A stretch of 64,000 nucleotides of DNA from Faecousia sp. (GTDB taxonomy: Bacteria; Bacillota; Clostridia; Oscillospirales; Oscillospiraceae). The notes under the pieces are model-generated. The model was not told the origin of the DNA. It searched no databases and saw only the letters and a program-made list of their open reading frames with translations. This document shows, in pieces, positions 44,912 to 56,138 of the stretch (its first letter is position 1; each line of letters opens with the position of its first letter). Where the stretch lies: NCBI GenBank assembly GCA_045602725.1, contig JAZSCE010000076.1:22919-86918 (forward strand). The letters are read 5' to 3'. The position numbers were made by a program, and so were the translations under genes.

Positions 44912-46396
44912 TCATTTTTTGCAAATAAGTCCTTTGATCCAGCGCAGATCCTCTTTGCTCAGGATTCGCATCAGGAAAAGCAGACACAGAAGAATGATTG
45001 CATAGGCGGCGCTGCGGAAAACTGCACCGGTAACAAAACGGCAGACCCAAACGGCAAGCGCGGCTGCAGCCAGCGTCAGTAGGGGAATGTGACAGGGGAT
45101 CTTTTGAACTGTGATGCGCAGAAGCCGCCGTAGACTTAGGCAGAAATTGATAATATGCGTCACAAGAAAACTGATATAATAGCCCAATATGCCGTATTTT
45201 GGCAATAAAAAGTATAGAAATGTTACATCCATCGTGTTGGTGAGGATGTTGTAGCGGACAGATGCCTTTTGCTCCCCAAGACCTTTTATCATCGCATCTG
45301 TTACGCCGTCGCAGTATAGCATTACGGCAAGCAGGGAAAACCAGCGCAGGTATGTACCGGCTTCTTTGCTGTTGTATAGCGCCATACACAGCTCGTCTGC
45401 GCTAAGAAACAGAATGCCGCCGCAAAGCGTACCGTAGAGCAATGCGATCCGCAGGCTCTTTTGCACCAAGTAGTGGATGCGCAGTGTGCTGCCGGCGGCC
45501 CGGCATCGAGCAAGCTCCGGGATCAGAAGTTCAGTTAGACCAAAGAGAATCGCCATCGGGAAGGTGAGGATCGGGAACACCATTCCGCACACTGTACCGA
45601 ACGCAGCCAGCGGTGAGATCGCACCGGAGTATAGAGCCAGCCGTTTGGGCACCATCAAATTCTCGATTGTAGAAATGCCGGTGCGCAGATCGTCTGCCAA
45701 TGCAAGGGGAATTGCCGTATGCGCCAGCTGCTGAGCCACACGCAGGCGGGAAAAAGTTTTAGGCCGCTCCAATATTCGCAAAATTACAAGGCTCAGCAGA
45801 GTGAAGCAGGCGCCCATAGCGCTGCCCATCACCACAGCCTGGCAAGACCTTGCTGCTTCTTGACCTGACCATAGGGATAGAAGGGTTACGGTGCAGATCA
45901 TACAGCAAATTTGCTCAGCTATCTCAACGGCTGCCAGCGTGCCAATACGGCTGGCACCGGTGAAATAGCCCACCATTACCCCCGTAAGACAATTGATCGG
46001 CAGAAACGCTGCAAACAGCCTCAAAGAGGAAACGGTATTGGGGTTACCAATCCATTTTTCAGCGATCTGTGGTGCGAAAATATACACAGCGCCGCCGACA
46101 ACTGCGCTGCAGATCACGCTATACAGCAAGCACCCGGACAGCACCCAGGTGACATTTTGCGGCTTCTTTCGACCGATCTGCTCGGCGGTCAAATACATCG
46201 TTGCGGTGCGGATGCCTGCCATACCCGCAACCAAGGCCATAGAGCCTACGCTCATTACCAATTGCAGCAGACCAATGCCCTCTGCGCCAATTTGGGAGGA
46301 CAGGTACACCTGGAAGGATGTCCCCACCAGCCGTAGCAGCAGATTGACTCCGGTCAGCAGCAGGGCACTATAGAATATAGGAAGCTTCTTGGGCAA
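44912..46396 (-). CDS. SpoVB-like MOP flippase / polysaccharide biosynthesis membrane protein
   Basis: IGAEGIGLLQL, EIAEQ, LIPELA, many TM; SigE-like ATA-N16-CATAAACT upstream. Confidence 0.8.
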   Translation of the reverse strand: MPKKLPIFYSALLLTGVNLLLRLVGTSFQVYLSSQIGAEGIGLLQLVMSVGSMALVAGMAGIRTATMYLTAEQIGRKKPQNVTWVLSGCLLYSVICSAVVGGAVYIFAPQIAEKWIGNPNTVSSLRLFAAFLPINCLTGVMVGYFTGASRIGTLAAVEIAEQICCMICTVTLLSLWSGQEAARSCQAVVMGSAMGACFTLLSLVILRILERPKTFSRLRVAQQLAHTAIPLALADDLRTGISTIENLMVPKRLALYSGAISPLAAFGTVCGMVFPILTFPMAILFGLTELLIPELARCRAAGSTLRIHYLVQKSLRIALLYGTLCGGILFLSADELCMALYNSKEAGTYLRWFSLLAVMLYCDGVTDAMIKGLGEQKASVRYNILTNTMDVTFLYFLLPKYGILGYYISFLVTHIINFCLSLRRLLRITVQKIPCHIPLLTLAAAALAVWVCRFVTGAVFRSAAYAIILLCLLFLMRILSKEDLRWIKGLICKK

Positions 46397-46452
46397 AATA
46401 AATCCCCCCTTGTCCGAAGTTTATGCGGACAAGGAGGGGAGTATGTTCGTTT

Positions 46453-47082
46453 TCAGGGGTTAAACTGCTTGCAATGGAATGCCAGGGGACATTCAGCACA
46501 TCTGGGCGCTCTTGCTGTGCAAATTTCTCTGCCGAACAGCACGATGCGGTGGCAAAAATCGGAGCTTTCTTCCGGCGGCAGGATTTTTCGCAGCTGCGTT
46601 TCCACTTTCTCCGGGTCTTTGCTGCCATCGGTCAGACCCAAGCGGCCACAGATGCGAATGCAGTGGGTATCGCAGACTACGCTGCCGGGTACTGCATACA
46701 GATCGCCCAGCAGCAGGTTTGCCGTTTTGCGGCCAACGCCGGGGATCTTCAGCAAAGACTCCATATCGCCGGGAACTTTTCCGCCGTAATCGGAGATGAG
46801 CATTTGGCAACCCAGCACAATATCCCGGGCCTTGTGCTTATAAAAGCCGCAGGAGTGGACATAGCTCTCAATGTCAGCAATATTTGCGTTTGCCATCGCT
46901 TCCAGCGTTGGATAGGCGGCAAAGAGGGCAGGGGTGACCAGGTTGACCCGGGCATCGGTGCACTGGGCAGAAAGGCGAACTGCAATCATAAGCTCATAGT
47001 CCTTGCTGTAATGCAGGGCGCAGGCGGGATTGGGGTATTTCAGCTTCAGGGCTTCGATGATGGCGCTGACCTTTTTCTGCAT
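46453..47082 (-). CDS. nth: Endonuclease III
   Basis: LSAQCTDARVN, IPGVGRKTAN, DTH, CTARAPRCAECPLAFHC 4Fe-4S cluster. Confidence 0.97.
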   Translation of the reverse strand: MQKKVSAIIEALKLKYPNPACALHYSKDYELMIAVRLSAQCTDARVNLVTPALFAAYPTLEAMANANIADIESYVHSCGFYKHKARDIVLGCQMLISDYGGKVPGDMESLLKIPGVGRKTANLLLGDLYAVPGSVVCDTHCIRICGRLGLTDGSKDPEKVETQLRKILPPEESSDFCHRIVLFGREICTARAPRCAECPLAFHCKQFNP

Positions 47083-47140
47083 AAGCGCACCTCCTTTTTC
47101 CCTATAATATCACAAATTTCGGGGAATGAAAAGATGCAAT

Positions 47141-47752
47141 TTATGGCTCTTGCTGGATAATTTCTGCGCTGAGTGCGGAAATTTCATACGCAGTTCGCTC
47201 CTCCGGGCCATCTTCCGTCTGCTTTGTGTAGATGCGGCTTTGCAATCTGCCACGGATACAAATCTGATCCCTGACCTGGCATTGGGAAATTTCCTGGGCC
47301 GTTCTGCCCCAAAGTATGCAGGGCAGGTAATCGGCTCTGTGAAAAGCCCGGGGAATCGCCAGCATCACATCGCAAATTTCTCTGCCCAGTGGTGTACGCC
47401 GAAAAATTGGCTCTTTGCAGATAAACCCTGTGACTACCACATCATTGGCAGGTTCGGCATCCTCAGCAATGATATCGGATGCGAAAATGAAGATCATTAG
47501 GTGCCGGACACCGTTTGTGCGGCTGTTGTGGGAGCGGATCTGCCCGGTAACGGTCAGCATTTCGCCACCGGAAAGATCAATCCGGTTCATAACGATTTCC
47601 GGTGCGATTACCTGCAGCGCATCCACAGTACCGGACAGACGGGGAATTTCCAGCACAAAGCGATAAAATCGCTTGCCGTGGTTTTCGTGGGAGAATACCG
47701 GCAGTTCACGCAGGCTGCCGCAAACCGTGATTTGGTTGACTGTATGTTCCAT
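47141..47752 (-). CDS. ssb: Double-OB single-stranded DNA-binding protein (clostridial, probably sporulation-associated)
   Basis: FSHE, RLSG, GQIRS; second OB with RRTPLGREICD, DYLPCILWGR, GRLQSRIY; CATAGAAT SigE-like -10. Confidence 0.85.
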   Translation of the reverse strand: MEHTVNQITVCGSLRELPVFSHENHGKRFYRFVLEIPRLSGTVDALQVIAPEIVMNRIDLSGGEMLTVTGQIRSHNSRTNGVRHLMIFIFASDIIAEDAEPANDVVVTGFICKEPIFRRTPLGREICDVMLAIPRAFHRADYLPCILWGRTAQEISQCQVRDQICIRGRLQSRIYTKQTEDGPEERTAYEISALSAEIIQQEP

Positions 47753-47857
47753 AGTATCACCTCAAGTTCAGATGTATGGAACATTCTATGCGTATAAAAA
47801 CGAAAAAGACCGCCCAAAGGGCAGCGCACCCTAGTGAGCGGTCTTTTATTTGAAATA

Positions 47858-49045
47858 TTACAGACCCATTTCGGCCTTAACTTCGCCAAAGCAACGGATG
47901 GCAAAGTCCAGGTCTTCCTTGGTATGACCAGCAGAGATCTGTGTGCGGATGCGATCGCGCTCCTTGGGCACGACGGGGTAGCAGAATGCAACCACATACA
48001 CACCCTTATCCAGCATACGGCGGGCAAATTCGTGGGCGACCTTGGGATCGTACAGCATAACGGGTACGATGGGATGCTCACCGGGCAGCAGATCGAAGCC
48101 CAGCTTTTCCATACCGGCACGGAAGTAACGGGCGTTCTCGTGGACCTTATCACGCAGAGCGGTGGATTCCTCCAGCAGCTCGATGGTGCGGATGGTGGCA
48201 GCGCAGATAGCAGGTGCTACGGTGTTGGAGAACAGGTAAGGACGGCTGCGCTGACGCAGCAGGTCAACGATGGGCTGACGGGCAGCAGTATAGCCGCCGG
48301 AAGCACCGCCCAGCGCCTTACCGAAGGTGCCGGTAATGATGTCAATGCGATCCATAACACCGCAGAATTCAGATGTGCCACGGCCGTGGTCACCCATAAA
48401 GCCGACTGCGTGGCTGTCATCGACCATTGTCAGGGCATCGAATTCGTCTGCCAGGTCGCAGATTGCCTTCAGGTTGGCAATATAGCCGTCCATGGAGAAG
48501 ACACCATCGGTGGCGATCAGGATCTTCTTGCAGCCGCTGGCTCTTGCATCTTCCAGGCAACGGCGCAGGTCTTCCATATTGTTGTTCTTGTAGCGATAGC
48601 GCTTGGCCTTGCAAAGGCGAACACCGTCAATAATGGATGCGTGGTTCAGCTCATCGGAAATAACGGCATCCTCAGCGCTCAGCAGCGTTTCAAACAGACC
48701 GCCGTTGGCATCAAAGCAGGAGGAGTAAAGAATGGCATCGTCCATACCCACGAAGGCGGAGATCTTCTTCTCCAGGTCCTTGTGGATCTGCTGGGTGCCG
48801 CAGATAAAGCGGACAGAGCTCAGACCGAAGCCCCAATTGTCATAGCTTTCCTTGGCTGCAGCAATCAGCTCAGGATGTGCGGAAAGACCCAGGTAGTTGT
48901 TAGCGCACATATTGACAACGCCGGTGGTCTTGGTGGTGTCGATGCGGGAACGCTGGGGAGTGGTGATGATACGCTCGTCACGCCAGGTGCCTGCCTCACG
49001 GATGGCTTCCAGCTCCTGGGTGATTGCAGTAAGTGCAGATTTCAT
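47858..49045 (-). CDS. kbl: Glycine C-acetyltransferase (2-amino-3-ketobutyrate CoA ligase)
   Basis: [42 protein letters not shown]. Confidence 0.97.
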   Translation of the reverse strand: MKSALTAITQELEAIREAGTWRDERIITTPQRSRIDTTKTTGVVNMCANNYLGLSAHPELIAAAKESYDNWGFGLSSVRFICGTQQIHKDLEKKISAFVGMDDAILYSSCFDANGGLFETLLSAEDAVISDELNHASIIDGVRLCKAKRYRYKNNNMEDLRRCLEDARASGCKKILIATDGVFSMDGYIANLKAICDLADEFDALTMVDDSHAVGFMGDHGRGTSEFCGVMDRIDIITGTFGKALGGASGGYTAARQPIVDLLRQRSRPYLFSNTVAPAICAATIRTIELLEESTALRDKVHENARYFRAGMEKLGFDLLPGEHPIVPVMLYDPKVAHEFARRMLDKGVYVVAFCYPVVPKERDRIRTQISAGHTKEDLDFAIRCFGEVKAEMGL

Positions 49046-49047
49046 AA

Positions 49048-50097
49048 TTATTCTCCCTTCTTGGTGGTCCAGTCCAGAACAACCTTGCCGGAACGGCCGC
49101 TGTTCATAGCCTCAAAGCCCTTCTCAAACTCGGTGTAGTGGAAGCGGTGGGTAATGACGGGAGTCAAATCCAAACCACCCTGCACCATATAGCTCATCTG
49201 ATGCCAGTTGTCCATCTTGCGACCGTAGATGCCCTGCAGGGTCAGACCCTTGGTGATAATGGTGTTCATATTCAGGCTGACAGGCTTATTGCTGATGCCC
49301 AGCAGGGAAATCTTACCGCCGTTGCGCATAACGCTGATCATCTGCTCCAGCGCCATACCGTTGCCAGACATTTCCAGACCCACATCGAAGCCTTCTGTCA
49401 GGCCCTGCTCGCGCATAATCTTGGTCAGGTCTTCCTTGGCGGTGTTGACAGCGGCATCCACACCCATTTTCTTAGCAAGATCCAGGCGATAGTCGTTAAC
49501 ATCGGTAATGATGACACGGCGGGCGCCGGCGAACTTACAAATGCCTGCGGCAATGATGCCAATAGGACCAGCACCGGTGATCAGCACGTCCTCACCGATC
49601 AGATCAAACATCAGAGCCGTATGGGTGGCGTTACCGATGGCATCAAAGAATGCAACCACATCCTCAGGCAGAGACTCATCAATGATGACCACATTGCTTT
49701 CGGGAATGCACAGATATTCGGCAAATGCACCGTCACGGTCAACGCCGACGCTGACGGTATCTTTGCACCACTGAATATTGCCGGTGTGGCAGTTGCGACA
49801 GTGGTGGCAGGTAAGATGTCCTTCGCCGGACACACGCTGGCCTACCTTCAGGCCGGTAACACCGGCACCCAGCGCAGCGATTTCGCCTACATATTCGTGA
49901 CCAATGGTCATAGGAGCCTTAATGTGCTCCTGTGCCCAGGGATCCCAGTTGAAAATATGTACGTCGGTACCGCAAATGGCGGTCTTGTGTACCTTGATCA
50001 ACACCTCACCGGGACCGGGGGTGGGGACGGGTACTTTGCGCAGCTCCAAACCGGGACCTGCAACGGGTTTTACGATGGCATCCATAAGTCTTTCCAT
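49048..50097 (-). CDS. tdh: L-threonine 3-dehydrogenase
   Basis: [41 protein letters not shown]; co-oriented with kbl. Confidence 0.96.
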   Translation of the reverse strand: MERLMDAIVKPVAGPGLELRKVPVPTPGPGEVLIKVHKTAICGTDVHIFNWDPWAQEHIKAPMTIGHEYVGEIAALGAGVTGLKVGQRVSGEGHLTCHHCRNCHTGNIQWCKDTVSVGVDRDGAFAEYLCIPESNVVIIDESLPEDVVAFFDAIGNATHTALMFDLIGEDVLITGAGPIGIIAAGICKFAGARRVIITDVNDYRLDLAKKMGVDAAVNTAKEDLTKIMREQGLTEGFDVGLEMSGNGMALEQMISVMRNGGKISLLGISNKPVSLNMNTIITKGLTLQGIYGRKMDNWHQMSYMVQGGLDLTPVITHRFHYTEFEKGFEAMNSGRSGKVVLDWTTKKGE

Positions 50098-50197
50098 GGT
50101 TAAACCTCCAAAATTTGTAATTCTCCATTTATTTTAGCACAGACCATCCACGCTTTCAAGTGGTCAGACGGTACCGAGTGCAATTAAAATTTATCCT

Positions 50198-52099
50198 TTA
50201 TCGCTTTTTCTTGTTTTGCCCGGTTTTTGCAGGCTTTTTGCCGCCTGCAGGACGGGGAACAGGCTTCTTCAGCGCCGATCTGGGTGGCGGCGAGGAATGA
50301 GTAGTCCTGGGGGGAATTGCCCGGATCAGACATTTCGGCCCGGAGCCAATCAGGTCCTCCCGATGCGCTTTAATCAGCGCCTCTTTGACCAGGTAATAAT
50401 TCCTGGGATTTCGGTACTGGATCAGCGCACGCTGCATTGCCTTCTCGTGAGGGTCCGTGGGGACATAGACCTTCTCCATCGTCCTTGGGTCAATGCCGGT
50501 GTAGTACATTACGCTGGAGAGCGTAGAGGGCGTGGGATAGAAATCCTGCACCTGCTCCGGATTATAGCCCATTTCCCGGATGTATTCGGCAAGCTCGATG
50601 GCTTCCTTTAAGGTAGAGCCGGGGTGGCTTGACATCAGATAGGGGACAAGGAACTGATTCATTCCGTATTGCTTATTCAAAGCATAGTATCTGTCCACAA
50701 AGCGGTTGTAGACCGCATTTCTCGGCTTGCCCATTCGGTCAAGCACCGCATCGGATACGTGCTCCGGCGCTACTTTCAACTGGCCGGAAATGTGGAACTG
50801 CACCAACTCCTTGAAGAAGGTGTCTTTCTTATCCGCCAGCAGGTAGTCGAAGCGGATGCCACTGCGGACAAAAACCTTCTTAACGCCTGGGATCTTACGC
50901 AGCTTACGCAGTAGCGAAACATAGTCGGAGTGGTCAGCCTTCAAATTTTTGCAAGGGGTGGGGTAGAGACATTGCCGGCCACCGCAAGTGCCCTTGGAAA
51001 GCTGCTTTTCACAAGCAGGGTGGCGGAAGTTGGCAGTAGGGCCGCCTACATCGTGGATATAGCCCTTAAAATCCTTATCCTTTGCCATCAATTCTGCTTC
51101 CTTGAGGATGGATTCGTGGCTCCGAGTCTGAATAATGCGACCTTGATGGAAGGTCAGCGCACAGAAGGAACAGGCACCGAAGCAGCCACGGTTACTGACA
51201 AGGCTGAATTTGACCTCCTCAATGGCTGGCACACCGCCGGCCTTGGCATAGCTTGGATGCCACGTGCGCTCATACGGCAGGTCATAGACCGCATCCATCT
51301 CCTGGGTTGACAGAGGCTTTTGGGGCGGATTCTGAACCACATAGAGGTTACCATAGGGCTCAGCAAGCCGCTTGGCGGTAAAGGGGTCACAATTGCCGTA
51401 CTGTACCTTAAAGGATTCGGCATATTTGCGCTTATTGGACTTTACTTCCTCATAAGACGGCAGGGTTATGGTAGGCAGGGAATCGTCAAGCTGCGCGGTC
51501 TTAAATACCGTTCCGTCAATGTAGGTGATGTCTTTTACATCCATGCCGGAGTTTAAGGCATCGGCAATCTCCACGATGCTACGCTCACCCATACCGTACA
51601 TCAGCAGATCTGCCTGGCTGTCCAGCAATATGGAGCGCTTCATAGATTCCGACCAGTAATCGTAATGGGCCAACCGCCGCAGGCTGGCTTCAATGCCACC
51701 GATGAGAATGGGGATATTCTTATAAGTCTGCCGGATCAGATTGCAATAGACTACAGTTGCATAGTCCGGCCGCTTGCCCATCACACCACCGGGGGTGAAG
51801 GCATCGGTCTTTCGCTTGTGCTTGGTGACGGAATAGTGGTTGACCATCGAGTCCATATTACCGCCGGACACCAAAAAGCCCAGCCGGGGCGCACCAAACA
51901 CGTCAATAGACTTGGGATTTTTCCAATCGGGCTGGGAGATAATTCCCACGCTGTAGCCGTGACTTTCCAGCACCCGGCTGATGATGGCGTGACCGAAGGA
52001 TGGGTGATCCACATAGGCGTCACCGATGACATAGACAAAGTCGCACTGTGTCCAGCCCCGTGCCAGCATATCCTCTTTACAAATGGGAAGAAAGCGCAT
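50198..52099 (-). CDS. YgiQ family radical SAM protein
   Basis: [46 protein letters not shown]. Confidence 0.95.
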   Translation of the reverse strand: MRFLPICKEDMLARGWTQCDFVYVIGDAYVDHPSFGHAIISRVLESHGYSVGIISQPDWKNPKSIDVFGAPRLGFLVSGGNMDSMVNHYSVTKHKRKTDAFTPGGVMGKRPDYATVVYCNLIRQTYKNIPILIGGIEASLRRLAHYDYWSESMKRSILLDSQADLLMYGMGERSIVEIADALNSGMDVKDITYIDGTVFKTAQLDDSLPTITLPSYEEVKSNKRKYAESFKVQYGNCDPFTAKRLAEPYGNLYVVQNPPQKPLSTQEMDAVYDLPYERTWHPSYAKAGGVPAIEEVKFSLVSNRGCFGACSFCALTFHQGRIIQTRSHESILKEAELMAKDKDFKGYIHDVGGPTANFRHPACEKQLSKGTCGGRQCLYPTPCKNLKADHSDYVSLLRKLRKIPGVKKVFVRSGIRFDYLLADKKDTFFKELVQFHISGQLKVAPEHVSDAVLDRMGKPRNAVYNRFVDRYYALNKQYGMNQFLVPYLMSSHPGSTLKEAIELAEYIREMGYNPEQVQDFYPTPSTLSSVMYYTGIDPRTMEKVYVPTDPHEKAMQRALIQYRNPRNYYLVKEALIKAHREDLIGSGPKCLIRAIPPRTTHSSPPPRSALKKPVPRPAGGKKPAKTGQNKKKR

Positions 52100-52194
52100 A
52101 GTGATCCTCCGGTAGTTTTTTCGTTATTATAGCACCTTTTCTTCGGAAATGGAAGAATAAAAATCCGGGAAGTATGATAACTTCCCGGAGTGTT

Positions 52195-52614
52195 TTATGC
52201 AGGATAGCAATTGATGATCCAAATCAGAATCGGCACCGCAAGGCTGAACAGGCTGACCAGCCACGGTGTCAGCAAACGCTTGGAGCAGAACATCAGAAGC
52301 AGGCACAGCGCTGTGATTGCGATAGGGCCAAGAACTGCGATGCCACGGCCAACCACAAAGTCAAACGTTCCGTCCAACTGCAGACCAAAGCCCACTTTTT
52401 CCGGAAGCACACTTAAATTGCGGATGGCCAAAATTACAGCGCCAAGAATAACAGGAATCGCCAAAACAAACTGCTTGAATTTGACGATGAACTTCCAGGC
52501 ATTGGATACGCGGTCACCAGCCTTGCGGAGGGAGGCGCTGGCCTTCTCACGGCCGGAAGCGGATTTTTCCACAAAATTGTCCCATTTTTCAGTCATTGAT
52601 TCGATAAAGCTCAT
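52195..52614 (-). CDS. Hypothetical membrane protein
   Basis: RBS GGAGG; 3 hydrophobic segments. Confidence 0.7.
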   Translation of the reverse strand: MSFIESMTEKWDNFVEKSASGREKASASLRKAGDRVSNAWKFIVKFKQFVLAIPVILGAVILAIRNLSVLPEKVGFGLQLDGTFDFVVGRGIAVLGPIAITALCLLLMFCSKRLLTPWLVSLFSLAVPILIWIINCYPA

Positions 52615-52681
52615 AGAATACCTCCAAGGGTACGATTCACGTAAGCAAGTTTACCACATTTGTGGGGCTTTTGCAAGTGGC

Positions 52682-53449
52682 TTAGCGCTTGTTATCCCGA
52701 TACAATGTGGCAAGACCCTTCACGATCAGGTCTTTGTCATAGATCATCGGCGTTTTGCACAGAGGCACAATGAATTTTGCGATGCCGCCGGTGGCGATGA
52801 CGGTGCATTTATGGCCAAGCTCTGCTTCCATACGCTGGATCATTCCATCCAGCATACAGGCGTTGCCGATCATAATGCCGCTGCGCATACAATCGATGGT
52901 ATTGCGGCCAATGGCCTTTTTAGGCTGATCCAGCTGCAGGCCGGGCAGCAGGGCAGTACGGTCTGTCAATGCATCCAGGGAGATCTTCACACCGGGGCAG
53001 ATGCAACCGCCGATCAATGCGCCGGTCTCATCCAAAACGGTCATTGTGGGGGCGGTGCCCATATCAATGACGGTCAGCGGCGGCGTATGCTCACGCAGGG
53101 CCGCTACGCTGCCAACAACAAGGTCAGCTCCGGTTTGGGAAGGGTTCTCAATCTTGATATTCAGACCCGTCTTAAGGCCGGGACCAACCACCAGGCTGGA
53201 TTTACCGGTAAGCTTCTTGATGGCTGTTTGCATCGAGTTCAGAACCTGAGGCACAACGGAGGCAATGATGGTGCCCTCGATTTCCTCAGGCTTGATGTGA
53301 TACACATCCAGGATCATACTCAGGTCGATGCAGTATTCATCGGAAGTTTTGGTGGCATCGGTGCGAAGCCGCGCCTCCATCAGGATCTTGTCCGCTTCAA
53401 CACCGCCAAGGACGATGTTGGAATTGCCAATATCAATAGTAAGAATCAT
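52682..53449 (-). CDS. coaX: Type III pantothenate kinase
   Basis: IDIGNSNIVLG, ASVVP, GAD, IDMGTA, GGCICPG, ATGG. Confidence 0.93.
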   Translation of the reverse strand: MILTIDIGNSNIVLGGVEADKILMEARLRTDATKTSDEYCIDLSMILDVYHIKPEEIEGTIIASVVPQVLNSMQTAIKKLTGKSSLVVGPGLKTGLNIKIENPSQTGADLVVGSVAALREHTPPLTVIDMGTAPTMTVLDETGALIGGCICPGVKISLDALTDRTALLPGLQLDQPKKAIGRNTIDCMRSGIMIGNACMLDGMIQRMEAELGHKCTVIATGGIAKFIVPLCKTPMIYDKDLIVKGLATLYRDNKR

Positions 53450-53940
53450 TTCTTTCCCTCCAAATCACGGATGCGCACAATGGTGCAGCTTGAAATTGCG
53501 TTATTTTCGGTCTCGATCAGGGCAACGCTGCCATCGGCACAGTTGCAGGCGCCGGGGTTGAGGATCAACAGCGCACCTTCTTGATGGCAATCCATCACGT
53601 GGGCATGACCGTAAAGGGCAACCTGCGCGTTTTGCTCTCTTGCGTCTGCCACAAGCCGGTGCAAGCCGCTTTTTACGCCGTGCAGGTGTCCGTGTGTCAT
53701 ATAGAATTTTACGCCGCCGATGCTGTAGCAGAGAATTTTAGGCGTATCCTGGGGGCAGCGGCAGAAATCGCCATTACCGGGCAGAATGTGAAACCGAATG
53801 TGGTGATATTCTTCCGCCAGGGTCTCGGCATTGTCGTAGTAATCGCCAAGATGGATAACTGCTTCGGGCTTTAAGGTGTCGATGGCCAGGCGCATATATC
53901 GCATAGTGCTGTGGGAATCGGACATAACGAGAATTCTCAT
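53446..53940 (-). CDS. YfcE/MJ0936-type metallophosphoesterase
   Basis: MSDSH, HLGD, GNGD, THGH, YGHAH, LNPG. Confidence 0.88.
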   Translation of the reverse strand: MRILVMSDSHSTMRYMRLAIDTLKPEAVIHLGDYYDNAETLAEEYHHIRFHILPGNGDFCRCPQDTPKILCYSIGGVKFYMTHGHLHGVKSGLHRLVADAREQNAQVALYGHAHVMDCHQEGALLILNPGACNCADGSVALIETENNAISSCTIVRIRDLEGKK

Positions 53941-53945
53941 AGTTC

Positions 53946-53973
53946 ACCAACCCTCTTACCATTGCATATAGTA
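53946..53973 (+). promoter_or_regulatory. Putative SigK promoter
   Basis: AC-N17-CATATAGTA fits the SigK pattern AC-N16/17-CATAnnnTA. Confidence 0.55.
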
Positions 53974-54021
53974 TAACACAACGCTTCTATTATAGCAGGA
54001 AAATGGACAGGAGGCAACGAT

Positions 54022-54255
54022 ATGCAGAAAAAAACTGAAGGATTTGACGAATTTCCCCTGCATCAGGCTGCCGCAATGGCAAAAAGCGAGGCAGGACAGC
54101 AGCTAATCGGGCTGTTAAGAAGCCAAAACGCAGATAAGCTCCAGCGTGCAATGCAGCAGGCAAGAGCGGGGGATTTTGCGTCGGCGAAGGAAATATTGGA
54201 GCAGATGATGGCGTCGGAGCAGGCCCAGCAGCTGCTGAAGAAGCTGCAGGAGTAG
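54022..54255 (+). CDS. Small Gln-rich hypothetical protein (putative spore protein)
   Basis: RBS AGGAGG; helical Q/A-rich ORF; first of a tight trio. Confidence 0.7.
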   Translation: MQKKTEGFDEFPLHQAAAMAKSEAGQQLIGLLRSQNADKLQRAMQQARAGDFASAKEILEQMMASEQAQQLLKKLQE

Positions 54256-54258
54256 CCT

Positions 54259-54606
54259 ATGGATGGAATGGAAGAGAAGCTGAATGCGATTTTGGGCAAC
54301 CCCCAAATGATGCAGCAAATTATGTCCATGGCCCAGGCAATGGGTCAGCAGGAAGAGCCAAAACCGGAGCCGCCACCGCAAAATAACGGGCCAGGATTGG
54401 ATCTTGCAATGATCCAGAAGCTCAGCGGGCTTGCCCGGCAATCCAGCATCGATAAAAACCAGCAGAATCTTTTGCGTGCCTTGGGGCCATACCTGAGCCG
54501 GGAACGGATCACAAAACTGGAGAAGGCAATGCGTGCAGCTAAAATCGCCGGAATCGCATCTACAGCGCTATCAGGCTCCGGCATCTCATTACTTTCAGGC
54601 AGGTGA
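54259..54606 (+). CDS. Hypothetical protein (putative spore protein)
   Basis: RBS AGGAG; ILGNPQMMQQIMSMA, LLRALGPYLSRER..KLEKA. Confidence 0.75.
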   Translation: MDGMEEKLNAILGNPQMMQQIMSMAQAMGQQEEPKPEPPPQNNGPGLDLAMIQKLSGLARQSSIDKNQQNLLRALGPYLSRERITKLEKAMRAAKIAGIASTALSGSGISLLSGR

Positions 54607-54610
54607 AGCT

Positions 54611-54958
54611 ATGTATAACCGTTATGTTCCGCAACCCGACGGCTCGTTCCGCCGCAATTACATCCCGGATCCGCCACCGCCACGCAGACCGGCACCGCCA
54701 CCGGAGCCGGAGTGTCCTCCACCACCGGAGCCAGAGTGTCCGCCGCCGATTCCGGACAAGGGACATCCGCAGCAGGAGCAACGCAGACCGCCTTGTCAGC
54801 AACATACCGGCGCAGGGGACTTTCTGCGCCGTCTGCTGCCAAAGAATCTGGACACCGGCGATTTGCTGGTGATAATTTTGCTGCTTTTGATGGCAGGGGA
54901 TTGCGCCGAAGATAAAAATACAGCGCTATTGACCCTTGCGCTGTATCTGTTTATGTGA
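54611..54958 (+). CDS. Pro/Cys-rich small protein (putative spore coat protein)
   Basis: RBS AGGTG; MYNRY, (PPPEPEC)2, DTGDLLVIILLLLM. Confidence 0.72.
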   Translation: MYNRYVPQPDGSFRRNYIPDPPPPRRPAPPPEPECPPPPEPECPPPIPDKGHPQQEQRRPPCQQHTGAGDFLRRLLPKNLDTGDLLVIILLLLMAGDCAEDKNTALLTLALYLFM

Positions 54959-54987
54959 AAATGCCCGCCAAACGGCGGGCATTTTGA

Positions 54988-56001
54988 TTATCTAGCAACG
55001 AAGCCGACTTTTTTGTAGACCTTGCGCAGAGTCTTTTCGGCGACATAAGATGCCTTCTGTGCGCCGTCCCGGAAGACGCCTTCCAGGTAGGCCTTGTCCT
55101 TCATCAGGCGCTCTGCTTCCTCCCGGATGGGACGCAGCAACTCCACAACGGCTTCACCGACAGCAGGCTTGAACTTGCCGTAGCCGCAGCCGGCAAACTC
55201 GGCCTCAATCTCTTCATAGGTCTTGCCGGTAACAGCGCTGTAAATGGTCATCAGGTTGGCAACGCCGGGCTTATTCTCCTTGTCAAAGCGGACGCAGTTC
55301 TCGGTGTCAGAGTCAGTAATGGCACGCTTGAATTGCTTCATAATCACCTCAGGCGCATCCATCAGCAGCACACGGCCGGTATCCTCATCCTCAGACTTGG
55401 ACATTTTGGCAGTGGGATTGGTCAGACTCATAATTCTTGCGCCCACCTTGGGAACGTAGGGCTCAGGAATCTTGAACACATCGCCATAAACACCATTGAA
55501 GCGGCGGGCAATGGTGTGGCACAGCTCCACGTGCTGCTTCTGATCCTCACCGACGGGGACGAAATCAGGCTGATACAGCAAAATATCCGCTGCCATCAGG
55601 CTGGGGTAAGTAAAGAGACCGCCGTTGATATTGTCAGCATTCTTTGCGGACTTGTCCTTAAACTGGGTCATACGGCTCAGCTCACCGAACATAGAGTAGC
55701 AATTCAAGACCCAGCCCAGCTCTGCATGCTGGTGTACGTGGCTCTGAATAAACAGCGTGTTTTTCTCAGGATCAAGACCGCAGGCAATGTACTGCGCCAG
55801 CTGCTCCAGCGTACGGCGACGTAAAGATGCGGGATCCTGCCGGACGGTAATGGCGTGCAGGTCAGCCATAAAGTAGAAGCAGTCAAATTCATCGGCACGC
55901 TCTTTCCAATTCTTAATGGCGCCCAGATAGCTGCCCAGGGTCAGATCACCGGAGGGCTTGATACCGGACAACATTCTTTTCTTTGCAACAATTTCTTCCA
56001 T
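54988..56001 (-). CDS. trpS: Tryptophan--tRNA ligase
   Basis: SGIKPSG..TLGSY, ADLHAIT, YPSLMAADILLY, GEDQKQH, KMSKS. Confidence 0.97.
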   Translation of the reverse strand: MEEIVAKKRMLSGIKPSGDLTLGSYLGAIKNWKERADEFDCFYFMADLHAITVRQDPASLRRRTLEQLAQYIACGLDPEKNTLFIQSHVHQHAELGWVLNCYSMFGELSRMTQFKDKSAKNADNINGGLFTYPSLMAADILLYQPDFVPVGEDQKQHVELCHTIARRFNGVYGDVFKIPEPYVPKVGARIMSLTNPTAKMSKSEDEDTGRVLLMDAPEVIMKQFKRAITDSDTENCVRFDKENKPGVANLMTIYSAVTGKTYEEIEAEFAGCGYGKFKPAVGEAVVELLRPIREEAERLMKDKAYLEGVFRDGAQKASYVAEKTLRKVYKKVGFVAR

Positions 56002-56138
56002 AATGGATTCACCTCGTAATTTCCATATCAATATCCGCATTTTATCACACTGATAAGAAAAACGCAATCTAAAATTGACTTTATTGCCGGGAGATGCTAT
56101 AGTATTTGCAGAAAAATTTGAGAATTGAGGTAATCACT

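Noticed and set aside
41863-53584. Antisense ORFs opposite prfB, pepD, kbl, tdh and coaX
   Set aside because: Shadow ORFs fully overlapping well-supported housekeeping genes.
56002-56138. Expected T-box leaders for trpS/gltX
   Set aside because: The divergent intergenic region is only ~137 bp and has no GGTGGnACCGCG T-box motif.
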